Assembly: GCA_030266325.1 (NCBI GenBank)
Contig: JAJDHT010000001.1
Span: 32,813-96,812 of the forward strand
DNA length: 64,000 nucleotides
Reading direction: 5' to 3'
From: Ruminococcaceae bacterium OttesenSCG-928-I18
GTDB lineage: Bacteria > Bacillota > Clostridia > Oscillospirales > Ruminococcaceae
Positions 20,852 through 30,187 of this stretch are shown one piece after another. Below the pieces are notes generated by a model that was given only the letters and a program-made list of their open reading frames with translations, searched no databases and was not told where the DNA came from. The position numbers were made by a program, and so were the translations under genes. Within the stretch, counting starts at the first letter, position 1, and each line of letters begins with the position of its first letter.

Positions 20852-21751
20852 TTACACTTTCAAGTGTTTCCTCACGCTTGTAGCCGTACCAAAACCGCCG
20901 ATGAGGATGCCGAAAACGGCAAAACCACCCGCGACATAATACCAGATGTTCTCGAGGGTAAAGATGTTGTTCATCAGGCTCATCACCCAGGTATTATACA
21001 TCTCCATGAGATACTGGTAGACAAAATAGTAGCCGGTGCAGACGACCGCCGAGGCCAGGATGCCGGCGATCAAGCCGACGGTCATACCCTCTACGAAGAA
21101 GGGAAGCCGGATAAAGGCATTGGTGGCGCCCACATATTTCATGATGGAGATTTCCCTGCGGCGCGCAAACACCGTGAGGCGGATGGTGTTGCTGATGACG
21201 ATGACCGAAACGACGGCCAGGATGGCGACCAGGCCAAGCCCGCCGTAGGTGACGGCGTTCTTGATGGTGATGATGATACCCGCGAGGTCACTGGGAACCT
21301 GGGTGAAATCGACACCCGGCAGCGCCGCCAGTTCCGCGTTGGTCTGCTCGATAAAATTGAGGTCCTCGACGGTGACGAGGAAACGTGCAGGGAAAATTTG
21401 CTCATAGTTCTGTAAAAGGTTGCCGTAGGTGTCCAGCCACTGTTCCACTTCCTCAAAGGCATCGGTTTTGGAGTTGTACTCCACCTCCAGCACATTCTGC
21501 ATGCTCGCAATCTGCTCGTTCATCGCCACCGCCTGTTCTTCGGGGGTCTCCGGCAGCAGGTAGACGACGATTTCATTCTGGTTGGCAAGATAGTCGACGA
21601 GGTTGTTCACATTCACAAACACCAAGGTGGCGATACCCGTGATGATGAGGCAAGCGGTGAGCACCCCGATGGAGGCAAACGTCATCAGGCGGTTGGCCGC
21701 CATATTTTTCCAGCCCTGCTTAATAAGGTACCGAAGGGAAGAGAGCCTCAA
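20852..21751 (-). CDS. ftsX: Cell-division ABC permease-like protein FtsX
   Basis: 299 aa with four TM segments and a large first extracellular loop. Overlaps the ftsE stop. Confidence 0.88.
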   Translation of the reverse strand: MRLSSLRYLIKQGWKNMAANRLMTFASIGVLTACLIITGIATLVFVNVNNLVDYLANQNEIVVYLLPETPEEQAVAMNEQIASMQNVLEVEYNSKTDAFEEVEQWLDTYGNLLQNYEQIFPARFLVTVEDLNFIEQTNAELAALPGVDFTQVPSDLAGIIITIKNAVTYGGLGLVAILAVVSVIVISNTIRLTVFARRREISIMKYVGATNAFIRLPFFVEGMTVGLIAGILASAVVCTGYYFVYQYLMEMYNTWVMSLMNNIFTLENIWYYVAGGFAVFGILIGGFGTATSVRKHLKV

Positions 21752-22470
21752 AGCGCCTCGCCTCCCCTCTCGGTCATCGCGTCCTCGACCACTTCTCCGT
21801 GGTCGATGGTGATGATCCTCTCTGAAAAGCGCTGCGCAAGGTCGTGCTCGTGGGTGACCACGACCACCGTAGTGCCCACCATGTTGATGGCCTTGAGCAG
21901 TTCCATGATTTCCACCGAAAGCTCGGGGTCAATGTTGCCCGTGGGTTCGTCGGCAATAATGATGGGCGGGGAGTGGACCAGCGCACGCGCCAAGGCCACA
22001 CGCTGCTGCTCGCCGCCCGAAAGCTCGTTCGGGAAACTGCGGGCTTTGCCCGCAAGGCCCACGAGGTTCAGCACATAGGGAACCCTCTTTTTGATCTCTC
22101 GCTCGGGAATATTGGTCACCCGCATGGCGAAAGCCACGTTCTCGAAGGCCGTCATCGTGGGGATCAGGCGGAAATCCTGAAAGACGACGCCAAGGCCCCG
22201 GCGCAGGTAGGGGATGTCCCGCTGGCGGATTTTGGAGAGATCCCGCCCTCCCACTACGACCCGGCCGGTGGTGGCCACCTCTTCACGCAGGATCAATTTA
22301 AGAAAGGTGCTTTTTCCCGCGCCCGAGTGTCCCAGCACAAATACAAACTCGCCGCGGTGAATCTCAAGACTCACGTCCTGCAGTGCCACCACGCCGCCTG
22401 GATAAATTTTTTCCACATTGGTCAGGCTGATCATCACCGAGTCATCGGACACGATTGGTTTTTTTGCCAT
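21748..22470 (-). CDS. ftsE: Cell-division ATP-binding protein FtsE
   Basis: Walker A GHSGAGKST, signature LSGGEQQR, Walker B IIIADEPTG. Confidence 0.9.
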   Translation of the reverse strand: MAKKPIVSDDSVMISLTNVEKIYPGGVVALQDVSLEIHRGEFVFVLGHSGAGKSTFLKLILREEVATTGRVVVGGRDLSKIRQRDIPYLRRGLGVVFQDFRLIPTMTAFENVAFAMRVTNIPEREIKKRVPYVLNLVGLAGKARSFPNELSGGEQQRVALARALVHSPPIIIADEPTGNIDPELSVEIMELLKAINMVGTTVVVVTHEHDLAQRFSERIITIDHGEVVEDAMTERGGEAL

Positions 22471-22503
22471 GAAAAAAAGAATTCCTCCGTATCACAGAGA
22501 TTA

Positions 22504-22532
22504 GGGACTGCCGCTGGATATACGGCAGTCCC
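22504..22532 (-). terminator. Hairpin after the CdaR-family gene
   Basis: GGGACTGCCG-9 nt-CGGCAGTCCC. The U-tract is weak. Confidence 0.4.
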
Positions 22533-22557
22533 ATGGTACCACGTTTTACTGTTTTTA

Positions 22558-23643
22558 TCAATATTTTGCGGTATTCGAGTTGAGGTACTTCTTCACCATC
22601 AGCGCCACTTTAAACACAATGGCATCGTCGAATTCGCGCAAATCCAAGCCGGTGAGCTTTTTGATCTTCTCCAGACGGTACACAAGGGTATTGCGGTGGA
22701 CAAACAACCCGCGGGAGGTTTCGCTCACATTGAGGTTGTTTTCAAAAAACCGCTGGATGGTGAACAGGGTCTCGTCATCCAGAGAATCGATGCTGCCCTG
22801 GTTAAAGACCTCTTTGAGGAACATCTCGCACAGCGTTGTGGGCAGCTGGTAGATCAGGCGCGCGATGCCGAGATGGTTGTAGCTGACGATCTGCTGTTCC
22901 GTGTCAAACACCTTTCCCACTTCCAGGGCAATCTGCGCCTCTTTGAAGCTGGCCGAGAGGTCCTTGATGTTGGAGATGGGCGTGCCGATGCCTACGACCG
23001 CTTTGATATAATGTTCTCCGTTGAGCGTGTCCACAATCGATGCGGCCAGCTTTTCTATATCCTTTTCGTCGATTCCACGTTTAATTTCCTTCACCAGAAC
23101 CGTGTCGGTCTCACTGGCGTTGAAAATGAAATCTTTCTGTTTGTCGGGAAACAGTCCGTTGACCACCTCAAACGCCGAGATGTCGGTACCGCTGACCACG
23201 CGGATGAGTAAAACCACCCGCGATACGTCCGTGGCAAAGTGAAGCTCGCGCGCTTTCGCAAAGATGTCGCCCGGCAAAATGTTTTCGAGCACCACATTTT
23301 TTATAAAATTAGATTTGTCAAATTTTTCGTCATGGTATTGGAGAATATTTTGAAAACTGAGCGCCAATACGGCAGCCATGCGTTTGTCCGGCTCCCCATC
23401 GCCCTGCACATAGGAGGCAAATTCACTGCCCTGGCCGGAGGAAAAAACATGGTAGGAAACCCCATCCTTTACAAAACCCTCACTGGCATTCTCCATATAT
23501 TCTGTCAGGTCGGCATTGGCCTCGCCAATTCGCGCCACGTCGGTGCAGGACACGACCACCCCGTCTACGTCCACCACCCCCGCCGTACGGTCGAGCACGT
23601 CTTTCATCTGGTACAGGACCCCTTGAAATACCCGATTTGCCAT
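22558..23643 (-). CDS. CdaR/PucR-family transcriptional regulator (sugar diacid regulator-like)
   Basis: C-terminal PucR HTH (LFVHRNTLVYRLEKIKKLTGLDLREFDDA). GGAGGGGG lies 8 nt before the ATG at 23643. Confidence 0.8.
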   Translation of the reverse strand: MANRVFQGVLYQMKDVLDRTAGVVDVDGVVVSCTDVARIGEANADLTEYMENASEGFVKDGVSYHVFSSGQGSEFASYVQGDGEPDKRMAAVLALSFQNILQYHDEKFDKSNFIKNVVLENILPGDIFAKARELHFATDVSRVVLLIRVVSGTDISAFEVVNGLFPDKQKDFIFNASETDTVLVKEIKRGIDEKDIEKLAASIVDTLNGEHYIKAVVGIGTPISNIKDLSASFKEAQIALEVGKVFDTEQQIVSYNHLGIARLIYQLPTTLCEMFLKEVFNQGSIDSLDDETLFTIQRFFENNLNVSETSRGLFVHRNTLVYRLEKIKKLTGLDLREFDDAIVFKVALMVKKYLNSNTAKY

Positions 23644-23848
23644 CACCTGAACCCCCTCCGCCTTTCAGCAGGATTGCCGCGCATTGTAAGGTTGAACAAA
23701 TCTGCCTTACCATTGATATCTATTTTACACAATTGAATTGGCTTTTGCAACAGTTTTACACAAAAATCAATCCTGTTTCTTGTACAGTTTTGAGAGCTTG
23801 TTTGGGGTTGGCCTCATCGCCTAACACCCTGCCGCGCACCCAAAAAAA

Positions 23849-24256
23849 TTACCGCTTCTTTTTTTTCGGCCGCTGCTTCTCGTAGTCCTCCAAAAAGAGT
23901 TCATCCTTCACCTCCAGGTCCCGCACACCCGCCAAAGACTCTATGTGGTGGGTCAGCTCATGGTAGAGGACTTCTTTTAGCCCTTCTTTCTGTTCGGGCA
24001 GGGGCCGCCTGCCATACACCTGTACAAAAGAACCATAATAAATGGTGATGTATCGCCCCATCCCGTAGGGCTCGTAGTGGTACATACCCAGCGTAAACAG
24101 ATCACCCCCATGGGCGTGGGGCGAAATGCAGATATCGGGCAAAAGCACGATACCCCCGTTGAGTTCCTTAAAAATACCCTCCGGAATACCGTCGGCCACC
24201 TCGTCCAGCCAGCGGTTTGCCTCTTCAAAGCTCATCGCTGTCTTTTTGTTTTCCAT
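23849..24256 (-). CDS. Small zincin-like metallopeptidase-family protein
   Basis: HELTH (HExxH) near the C-terminus. GGGAGGG RBS before the internal ATG (MENKKTAMSFEE...). Confidence 0.6.
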   Translation of the reverse strand: MENKKTAMSFEEANRWLDEVADGIPEGIFKELNGGIVLLPDICISPHAHGGDLFTLGMYHYEPYGMGRYITIYYGSFVQVYGRRPLPEQKEGLKEVLYHELTHHIESLAGVRDLEVKDELFLEDYEKQRPKKKKR

Positions 24257-24456
24257 ATACGCCCTCCCGAAGGAAAAGTCCTCACTTGTCGCAATTTCTG
24301 GCGGCCCAAGTGAACCCATTATAACAGCAAGCCCAGGTTTACGCAAAACCTCCCATTTTACGTCTTTTCACGAAATATGCCCGCACGTCCTCAGTTCATC
24401 CCCTTGCAGCGGAGCCTCAAGGCGAGCGAGCGGCGGCAGGGCTGCATTTTTGCACT

Positions 24457-24508
24457 AAAAAACATCTGCTGTGTTCGCAAAAACCACACGAAACGGCAGA
24501 TGTTTTTA
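24457..24508 (-). terminator. Intrinsic terminator of the flagellin gene
   Basis: The minus strand forms a long imperfect hairpin (ACATCTGCCG...CAGCAGATGT) followed by TTTTTT. Confidence 0.7.
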
Positions 24509-24557
24509 TGTCATTTTGAGAAATTTGGGAGGCAACAGCGGGTCCGTTTTCCCCTGC

Positions 24558-25712
24558 CTAGCGCAGCAGCTGCAGCACCTGCTGCTGTTGCAGGTTCCCC
24601 TGCGCCATCATAGCCATGCCCACCTGGCCCAGCATGTTTTGTTTCGTATACTCCATAAACGCCTTGGCCATATCGACATCCCGTATCCGGGATTCGGCCG
24701 CCATAATGTTTTCATTCGAGACGCCCAGGTTGTTGATGGTGCTGTCCAGGCGGTTTTGGGTGGCGCCGAGGTCTCCCCTTGCCGACGAGACACGCTCGCG
24801 CGCGCCGGAAATCAGGTCGATGGCGCTGGCCGCCCCCCCTTGGGTGGTCAGGTCGAGACCCGCGAGCCCGAGACCACTGGCAGACATATTGCCCACACTT
24901 ACGGTAATTTTATTAAACTCGTCGGCCGTCTCGCCCACCTGTAGGCGCAAACCGTTGCCCACCTTCATTGCCATTCCGCCCGCAACCGGCTCAAAAGCAA
25001 GGCCCGTTTGCGCATTGACCGTCGAGGCAACACGCTGCATATCGTCACCCGTGAGGCTTGCGCCCGAGGAGCCGTCCACACGAATCACGTTGACACCTGC
25101 GTCCGCATACTGGGTCACGGCGGCGTCATAATTCGCCGCGTCCGCCAGCATGAAGCTCTTTCCATTGACCTGGAAAGTGGCGGCTGCCGCGTTCTGCCCG
25201 TCAAATACGCCGAAGTTCTGCCGGTTCATCAAAACGCTGTCGGCCGTCCTTGTGGCGGTCATGCCCGATACGGAAATCTGTTTATCGGAAGAGAGGGAAC
25301 CGTCCAGCAGTTGGATCCCGTTAAAATTGGTCGACTTCGAGATGCGGTCGATGTCGCTGAGAATCTCCTGGGCCTCGTTGTTGAGAATTTGCCTTTCCGT
25401 GTCGCCCAGCGTGCCGTTGGCCGCCTGGGTGGCCAGTTCCGTCAGCCGGTTGAGCTTGGAGTGCATCGTGCTGAGCGCACCGTCGGCCGTCTGCACAAGC
25501 GAAACCCCATCCTGGGCATTCATGACGGCGCGCTCGTAGGCCGTCTGCTGGGCGCGCATCTTCTCCGAGATAGCAAGGCCCGCCGGGTCATCCTTGGCAG
25601 AATTGATGCGGTACCCACTGGAGAGCTGTTTTAAGCTGGTCTGCATGAGCTGTTGGTTGATGAGCGTTTGCCGGTGTGCCGCCATCGCGGACAGGTTGTT
25701 GTAGACACTCAC
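24558..25712 (-). CDS. fliC: Flagellin
   Basis: Conserved N-domain (NNLSAMAAHRQ...LSSGYRINSAKDDPAGLAISEKMR) and C-domain (GATQNRLDSTINNL...ESRIRDVDMAKAFMEYTKQNML...QQVLQLLR). GTG start at 25712 sits 5 nt after GGGAGGTG; the track's extra 45 codons are leader RNA. Confidence 0.93.
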   Translation of the reverse strand: MSVYNNLSAMAAHRQTLINQQLMQTSLKQLSSGYRINSAKDDPAGLAISEKMRAQQTAYERAVMNAQDGVSLVQTADGALSTMHSKLNRLTELATQAANGTLGDTERQILNNEAQEILSDIDRISKSTNFNGIQLLDGSLSSDKQISVSGMTATRTADSVLMNRQNFGVFDGQNAAAATFQVNGKSFMLADAANYDAAVTQYADAGVNVIRVDGSSGASLTGDDMQRVASTVNAQTGLAFEPVAGGMAMKVGNGLRLQVGETADEFNKITVSVGNMSASGLGLAGLDLTTQGGAASAIDLISGARERVSSARGDLGATQNRLDSTINNLGVSNENIMAAESRIRDVDMAKAFMEYTKQNMLGQVGMAMMAQGNLQQQQVLQLLR

Positions 25713-25846
25713 AAAAGCACCTCCCATAACACGGGCAACGAAGCGCACTGCCTCCCCGAACGAGCGTTGAGAGCTTCTGCGCCACAGATTGCCGGCTCCG
25801 CCCCAAAGGGCGGAAAGTAGACCCCACGAGTGGGGGAAAAACGACA
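25713..25846 (-). promoter_or_regulatory. Structured 5' leader of the flagellin mRNA
   Basis: Minus-strand hairpins CCCCA-CUCG-UGGGG and CCGCCC-UUUG-GGGCGG, an outer GGCGC...GCGCU helix, and GGA motifs including the SD. A paralogous copy lies at 40591..40736. Confidence 0.55.
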
Positions 25847-25888
25847 ATATCCTACTTTGATTATATCCCTTTATTTTGAAAGAATCAA
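25847..25888 (-). promoter_or_regulatory. Flagellin promoter region (overlapping sigma-A-like and weak sigma-28-like candidates)
   Basis: Minus strand: TTGATT (25888..25883)-17 nt-TATAAT (25865..25860). Also TAAA (25873..25870)-15 nt-TAGGATAT, which matches 5 of 8 positions of GCCGATAT. Confidence 0.5.
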
Positions 25889-25986
25889 TGCCTTTCCCGA
25901 TATTTGACCGGGAAACATCCGGCTCGGAAAATCATTGAGCAAAAAGACGTACGAAAGAAAAATACGAGAGGCCTATGCCCTGCCCG

Positions 25987-27750
25987 TCACATCCGCTGGG
26001 GCACCGTGACCTTCAACAGGTTGAGGCCGTTTGCCAGGACAGTTTTGGCCGCCATGCACAGCGCGAGACGTGCCTGCTGAAGCTTTGGCTCCTCCCCTTT
26101 GATGCGGCAGGCCGTATAGAAACGGTGGAAAACCGTGGCCACCTCGATGAGGTATCGTGTGATGCGGGCCGGGTCATACCCTTCGGCCGCCGAGCGAACC
26201 TCTCCCGGAAAAGCCGCCACCTGGCGGATGAGCGCGCGCTCCTTTTCGTCCGCGAGCAAGCCGGCATTTGCGAAAGCCGCCTGCGGGTCGAAGACCACCT
26301 GCTCCTCCTCCAGCGTGCGCAGAAGCGAGCAGATGCGCGCATGGGCATACTGGACATAGTAGACCGGGTTTTCGGAATCCTGGCTGACGGCCAGGTCGAG
26401 ATCAAATTCGATAGTGGAGCCCGGCTCACGCTGGTTGAAGAAAAACCGGGCAGAGTCGATGGGAACCTCGTCAAGCAGGTCGGTCAGGGTAATCGCCTTG
26501 CCCGTCCGCTTGCTCATTTTCACCTGCTGCCCGTCCCGCACCAAACGCACAAACTGCATCAGCACGATATCGAGGCGGCTCTCATCCAGGCCGAGGGCTT
26601 TCATCGCCCCCTTCATGCGCGCCACATGGCCGTGGTGGTCGGCGCCCCAGATGTCGATGGCCCGGTCAAACCCGCGGGCAAACTTGTCGGCGTGGTAGGC
26701 GATGTCGGCCGCAAAATAGGTGGGAATTCCGTTGGCCCTTACAAGCACTTCATCCTTGCCGTCTTCCTCCTCGGCACGGTACCAGATGGTGCCCTCTTTC
26801 TCGTACGCGGCGCCCCGTTCTCTCAGTTCTTCCACGACACGCATCACTTCGCCCGCCTCATGCAGTTTGGACTCCGGGAACCATACATCATACAGCACCC
26901 GGTACTTTTCAAGGTCGTGGCGCAGCCCCTCTATATTTTTGGGCAACGCGTACTCTACGAGCGCCTGTTCGCGCTCCTCTTCGCTTTTGTCGGCATAGGC
27001 TTCCCCGTGAAGTTCATAGAACTCACGCGCCCTCCGGGTGATGTCCTCCCCCTGGTATCCGTCCTCTGGAAAGGGCACCGCCTCTTCCCCGTGCATGATC
27101 TGCATATACCGTGCCGCCAGGGACTTTCCGAATTTGACCACCTGGTTGCCCGCGTCATTGATGTAAAATTCACGTGTCACCTCATAACCCGCCATCGAAA
27201 GCGCCTCCGCCAGGCAGTCCCCCAGGGCGGCGCCGCGCGCATTGCCCAGATGCATCGGGCCCGTGGGGTTGGCCGACACGAATTCCACATTGATCTTTTT
27301 TCCATTTCCCCCGTCGGTTTTCCCGTATTCTTCCCCGCAGCTGCAGGCCGCCATCAGCACCGAGGCGTACCATGCGCCGCTCAAAAACAGATTGATAAAA
27401 CCCGGCCCGGCCACCTCCACCTTTTCAAAAACACTACCGGATGGGAAATGGGTCTTCAATGCCTCGGCAATTTTTCTCGGGGGCATTTTAAAAGTCTTTG
27501 CGGAAACCAGCGCCAGGTTGGCCGCGAGGTCGCCGTGCGCGGCATCTGCCGGGATTTCTACCGCATAGGCGGGCGCCGCCTCCGCGGGCAGTTCTCCGGC
27601 CTCTACCGCTTTTTGCAACGCCTGTTGCAACGCCTCCACGGCCTCCTGCCTTGCCAGTTCATATACATCCACATGGTGAAACACCTTACGCAAATCATCC
27701 GGCGAGGCAGAGCCCGCGCCGGATACGATTTTTTTCACTTCCATCGACAT
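25987..27750 (-). CDS. argS: Arginine--tRNA ligase
   Basis: SANPTGPMHLGN (HIGH-type) and KMSKRTG motifs, 587 aa. AGGAGG RBS. The ATG overlaps the upstream stop. Confidence 0.95.
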   Translation of the reverse strand: MSMEVKKIVSGAGSASPDDLRKVFHHVDVYELARQEAVEALQQALQKAVEAGELPAEAAPAYAVEIPADAAHGDLAANLALVSAKTFKMPPRKIAEALKTHFPSGSVFEKVEVAGPGFINLFLSGAWYASVLMAACSCGEEYGKTDGGNGKKINVEFVSANPTGPMHLGNARGAALGDCLAEALSMAGYEVTREFYINDAGNQVVKFGKSLAARYMQIMHGEEAVPFPEDGYQGEDITRRAREFYELHGEAYADKSEEEREQALVEYALPKNIEGLRHDLEKYRVLYDVWFPESKLHEAGEVMRVVEELRERGAAYEKEGTIWYRAEEEDGKDEVLVRANGIPTYFAADIAYHADKFARGFDRAIDIWGADHHGHVARMKGAMKALGLDESRLDIVLMQFVRLVRDGQQVKMSKRTGKAITLTDLLDEVPIDSARFFFNQREPGSTIEFDLDLAVSQDSENPVYYVQYAHARICSLLRTLEEEQVVFDPQAAFANAGLLADEKERALIRQVAAFPGEVRSAAEGYDPARITRYLIEVATVFHRFYTACRIKGEEPKLQQARLALCMAAKTVLANGLNLLKVTVPQRM

Positions 27751-28175
27751 CAGTTGGCCTCCTGCACCGTTATTTTTACCTTATTGTGTGAGATATGGCT
27801 GCTCCCACTGTCCAGAGAATAGCTGAAAGTGACGTCCCCACCGCGCTCAGTCAAGTGGCTGATGATCTCGTCGGCGGCCACCCCGAGGCTGATGACCCCG
27901 GCATTGCTGTCATAATGGCATACATGGCGCCTGCCCCGTTCAATAATCAGCTGGCTTGGCATCGACCCATACCGCAGCATCGATACTTTGTCGTTATCCT
28001 CCACCTGCACCGTGGTCACATTCCCCGCATAACCTGTCGCCTCAGACTCCTCATAGGTGATGTAAAAACTGCCATCTTTGTGGATGAAGCTGCCTCGGGT
28101 CATCAGATTCACCGTGTCCACATCCCCAGAGAGATCCATCTGTCCTTCAATCTGAATCAGATATCTATCCTGCAT
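27750..28175 (-). CDS. DUF1934-family beta-barrel protein (YwiB-like)
   Basis: 141 aa. Position immediately upstream of argS and sequence style match the family as remembered. Confidence 0.65.
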   Translation of the reverse strand: MQDRYLIQIEGQMDLSGDVDTVNLMTRGSFIHKDGSFYITYEESEATGYAGNVTTVQVEDNDKVSMLRYGSMPSQLIIERGRRHVCHYDSNAGVISLGVAADEIISHLTERGGDVTFSYSLDSGSSHISHNKVKITVQEAN

Positions 28176-28215
28176 TACGCTTCCTCTTTTCTCTGCTCAT
28201 TCCGGGCGAATAGGT

Positions 28216-29082
28216 CTATTCCACCCCCGGCATGGCGCCTTTTAAAATCAGGTCGAGGTCGTATTTTTCAACATGGATCTGCCGCGCAGAGGCCGCGGCG
28301 TCCTCGGGAAGGAAGATACCCGCCAGTGCATTGAACCGGCTCGGTTCGTCACTGACGTAATATTCCACGCGTCCTCCCGTCTCGCGAGGGTTCAGCATTG
28401 CCTCCTGCGCCAGCTTGTCCCGCATGGCGAGAGCGGCCTGCCTGCCGGGGTCTATGAGCGCGACACCCGGCCCGAACTGCCTCTCCAAAACACCCCAAAG
28501 CAGGGGGTAGTGCGTGCAGCCCAGGATCACCGTGTCTACGCCCGCCTCTTTGATCGGCCCGAGATACTCCTCGGCGGCCAGATGGGCCATGGGGTCATCG
28601 GGAGCAAAATGTCCGTTTTCCACAAGGGGCACAAACAGCGGGCAGGCGCAGGCAAAACTCTTGACCTTCCTGTCCCCTGCGGCAAGCGCCACCTGATAGC
28701 TGCCCGAGCGCACCGTTGCCTCGGTGCCAAGAATGCCTACCCGGCCCGTTTTCGTGACCTTGAGCGCCGCGTGGGCGGCGGCCTGTACAACACCCGTGTA
28801 CCCCACGGGAAGGGCCCGCCCCTCCTCGGCCGGGTACGTGCTGCTGACCGTACCGCAGGCCGCGATGATTGTCTTGACATGTTTCGAGAGCAAAAAGGCG
28901 ATGTCCTGCCGCGTATAGTCCACAATGGTGTCCCTTCCGCGGGTTCCATAGGGCACGCGGCCTGTATCTCCAAAATACAAAATGTCCTCGCCGGGCAGCA
29001 GTGTGCGCAGCTCTCGCACCGTTGTCAACCCGCCAAGGCCCGAATCGAACACACCAATCGGTGCGCCTGGGTCCGCCGCCAT
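28216..29082 (-). CDS. murI: Glutamate racemase
   Basis: GVFDSGLGGLT, IAACGT and LGCTHYP motifs. Confidence 0.92.
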   Translation of the reverse strand: MAADPGAPIGVFDSGLGGLTTVRELRTLLPGEDILYFGDTGRVPYGTRGRDTIVDYTRQDIAFLLSKHVKTIIAACGTVSSTYPAEEGRALPVGYTGVVQAAAHAALKVTKTGRVGILGTEATVRSGSYQVALAAGDRKVKSFACACPLFVPLVENGHFAPDDPMAHLAAEEYLGPIKEAGVDTVILGCTHYPLLWGVLERQFGPGVALIDPGRQAALAMRDKLAQEAMLNPRETGGRVEYYVSDEPSRFNALAGIFLPEDAAASARQIHVEKYDLDLILKGAMPGVE

Positions 29083-29083
29083 C

Positions 29084-30157
29084 TCAGACCTCCGCCCGTT
29101 CCAGGGCGTGATGGATCAATTGATTGCACAGTTCGGGGAAGGTAAAGCCACATTTTTCCATCAGTTTTGGGTACATGCTGATCGTGGTGAACCCGGGCAT
29201 CGTGTTGATCTCGTTGATAAAAACCTTGCCGGTGCCGCGCTCCACAAGGAAGTCGACGCGGGACAGCCCGGAACAGCCCAGAGCCTTGTAGGCGCGTTTG
29301 GCAAGGGACTGCACCTCTTCCCGTTTTTCTTCGGGCAGCTCGGCCGGGATCAAAAGCTCGCTTGCGTCTCCGCTTTCATATTTCGCCTCAAAATCATACA
29401 TCTCGTTACAACTTCTGATTTCGCCCGGTATCGAGACGAGGGGGTCTTCGTTTCCGAGAACCGCACACTCCACCTCTTGCCCGTCCACACCCTGCTCGAA
29501 CAAGATCAGCTTGTCGTGGGCGCTGGCCAATTTCACCGCCGCCACCAGTTCCTCGGGACCTTTTACCTTGCTGATCCCGATGCTTGAGCCACCCACGGCG
29601 GGTTTGACAAACAGAGGAAACTGCATCACTTCTTTGAGCCGGAACAGCAGGTTGTCAAAATCGCCGGTCTCTCTGCGCCCCGCGGCCACCCAGGGCATTT
29701 TGGGCACGCCGACGGCCTCGAACAACCGGTTTGCGGCCACCTTGTTCATACAGGCGGCGCTGGCCAGCACATCACAGCCCACATAGGGGATGCCGGCGAG
29801 GTCCATAAGACCTTGCACCGTGCCGTCCTCTCCATTTCTCCCGTGAAGGGCGGGAAAAACCACATCGATCTTCACGGTATCGAAATTCCCCTCATGGCTC
29901 ACGACCAGGCCATGGGTCACACGGTCCGGCGAAAGGATGGCCGGCACATTGTCGGGGTTTTTATCCCACTTGCCCTTTCGCATCTCCTCGGTGCCGCCCG
30001 GGTACAGTAACCAGCGCCCTTTTTTGGTGATGCCGATTTTATAGACTTCATACTTGTCGCCGCCGAGGTTGTCGGCGATGGCCGCCGCCGAAATGCAGGA
30101 GATATCGTGTTCCGAGGAAACCCCTCCGAACAGCAAGGCCACACGTATCTTTGCCAT
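29084..30157 (-). CDS. ddl: D-alanine--D-alanine ligase
   Basis: 357 aa ATP-grasp. MAKIRVALLFGGVSSEHDIS..., EINTMPGFT. Confidence 0.92.
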   Translation of the reverse strand: MAKIRVALLFGGVSSEHDISCISAAAIADNLGGDKYEVYKIGITKKGRWLLYPGGTEEMRKGKWDKNPDNVPAILSPDRVTHGLVVSHEGNFDTVKIDVVFPALHGRNGEDGTVQGLMDLAGIPYVGCDVLASAACMNKVAANRLFEAVGVPKMPWVAAGRRETGDFDNLLFRLKEVMQFPLFVKPAVGGSSIGISKVKGPEELVAAVKLASAHDKLILFEQGVDGQEVECAVLGNEDPLVSIPGEIRSCNEMYDFEAKYESGDASELLIPAELPEEKREEVQSLAKRAYKALGCSGLSRVDFLVERGTGKVFINEINTMPGFTTISMYPKLMEKCGFTFPELCNQLIHHALERAEV

Positions 30158-30187
30158 GTTTACGCCCCTTTCTCCTCAAACAGAGGT

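Noticed and set aside
25713-25846. c-di-GMP riboswitch (GEMM-I or type II) in the flagellin leader
   Set aside because: I considered this because Clostridia often place these upstream of flagellar genes. I could not find the remembered conserved cores (GGCAAACC / GACGCAAAGCC for class I; the GCAC...GUGCAACCG arrangement only loosely, and on the wrong strand). An Infernal scan would settle it.
25878-25903. Plus-strand sigma-28-like box GAAA-14 nt-CCCGATAT
   Set aside because: It points away from the flagellin gene, into the 3' end of argS in antisense. No plus-strand gene or terminator follows, so it is probably fortuitous. It is mentioned in a finding in case an antisense RNA exists.
25975-27822. 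615-aa plus-strand ORF
   Set aside because: It is exactly antisense to argS, Arg/Gly/Pro/His-rich and has no family features. This is a typical shadow ORF in GC-rich DNA.
28176-28215. T-box leader upstream of argS
   Set aside because: argS overlaps the DUF1934 gene, and only 40 nt separate that gene from murI. There is no room for a T-box of about 200 nt.
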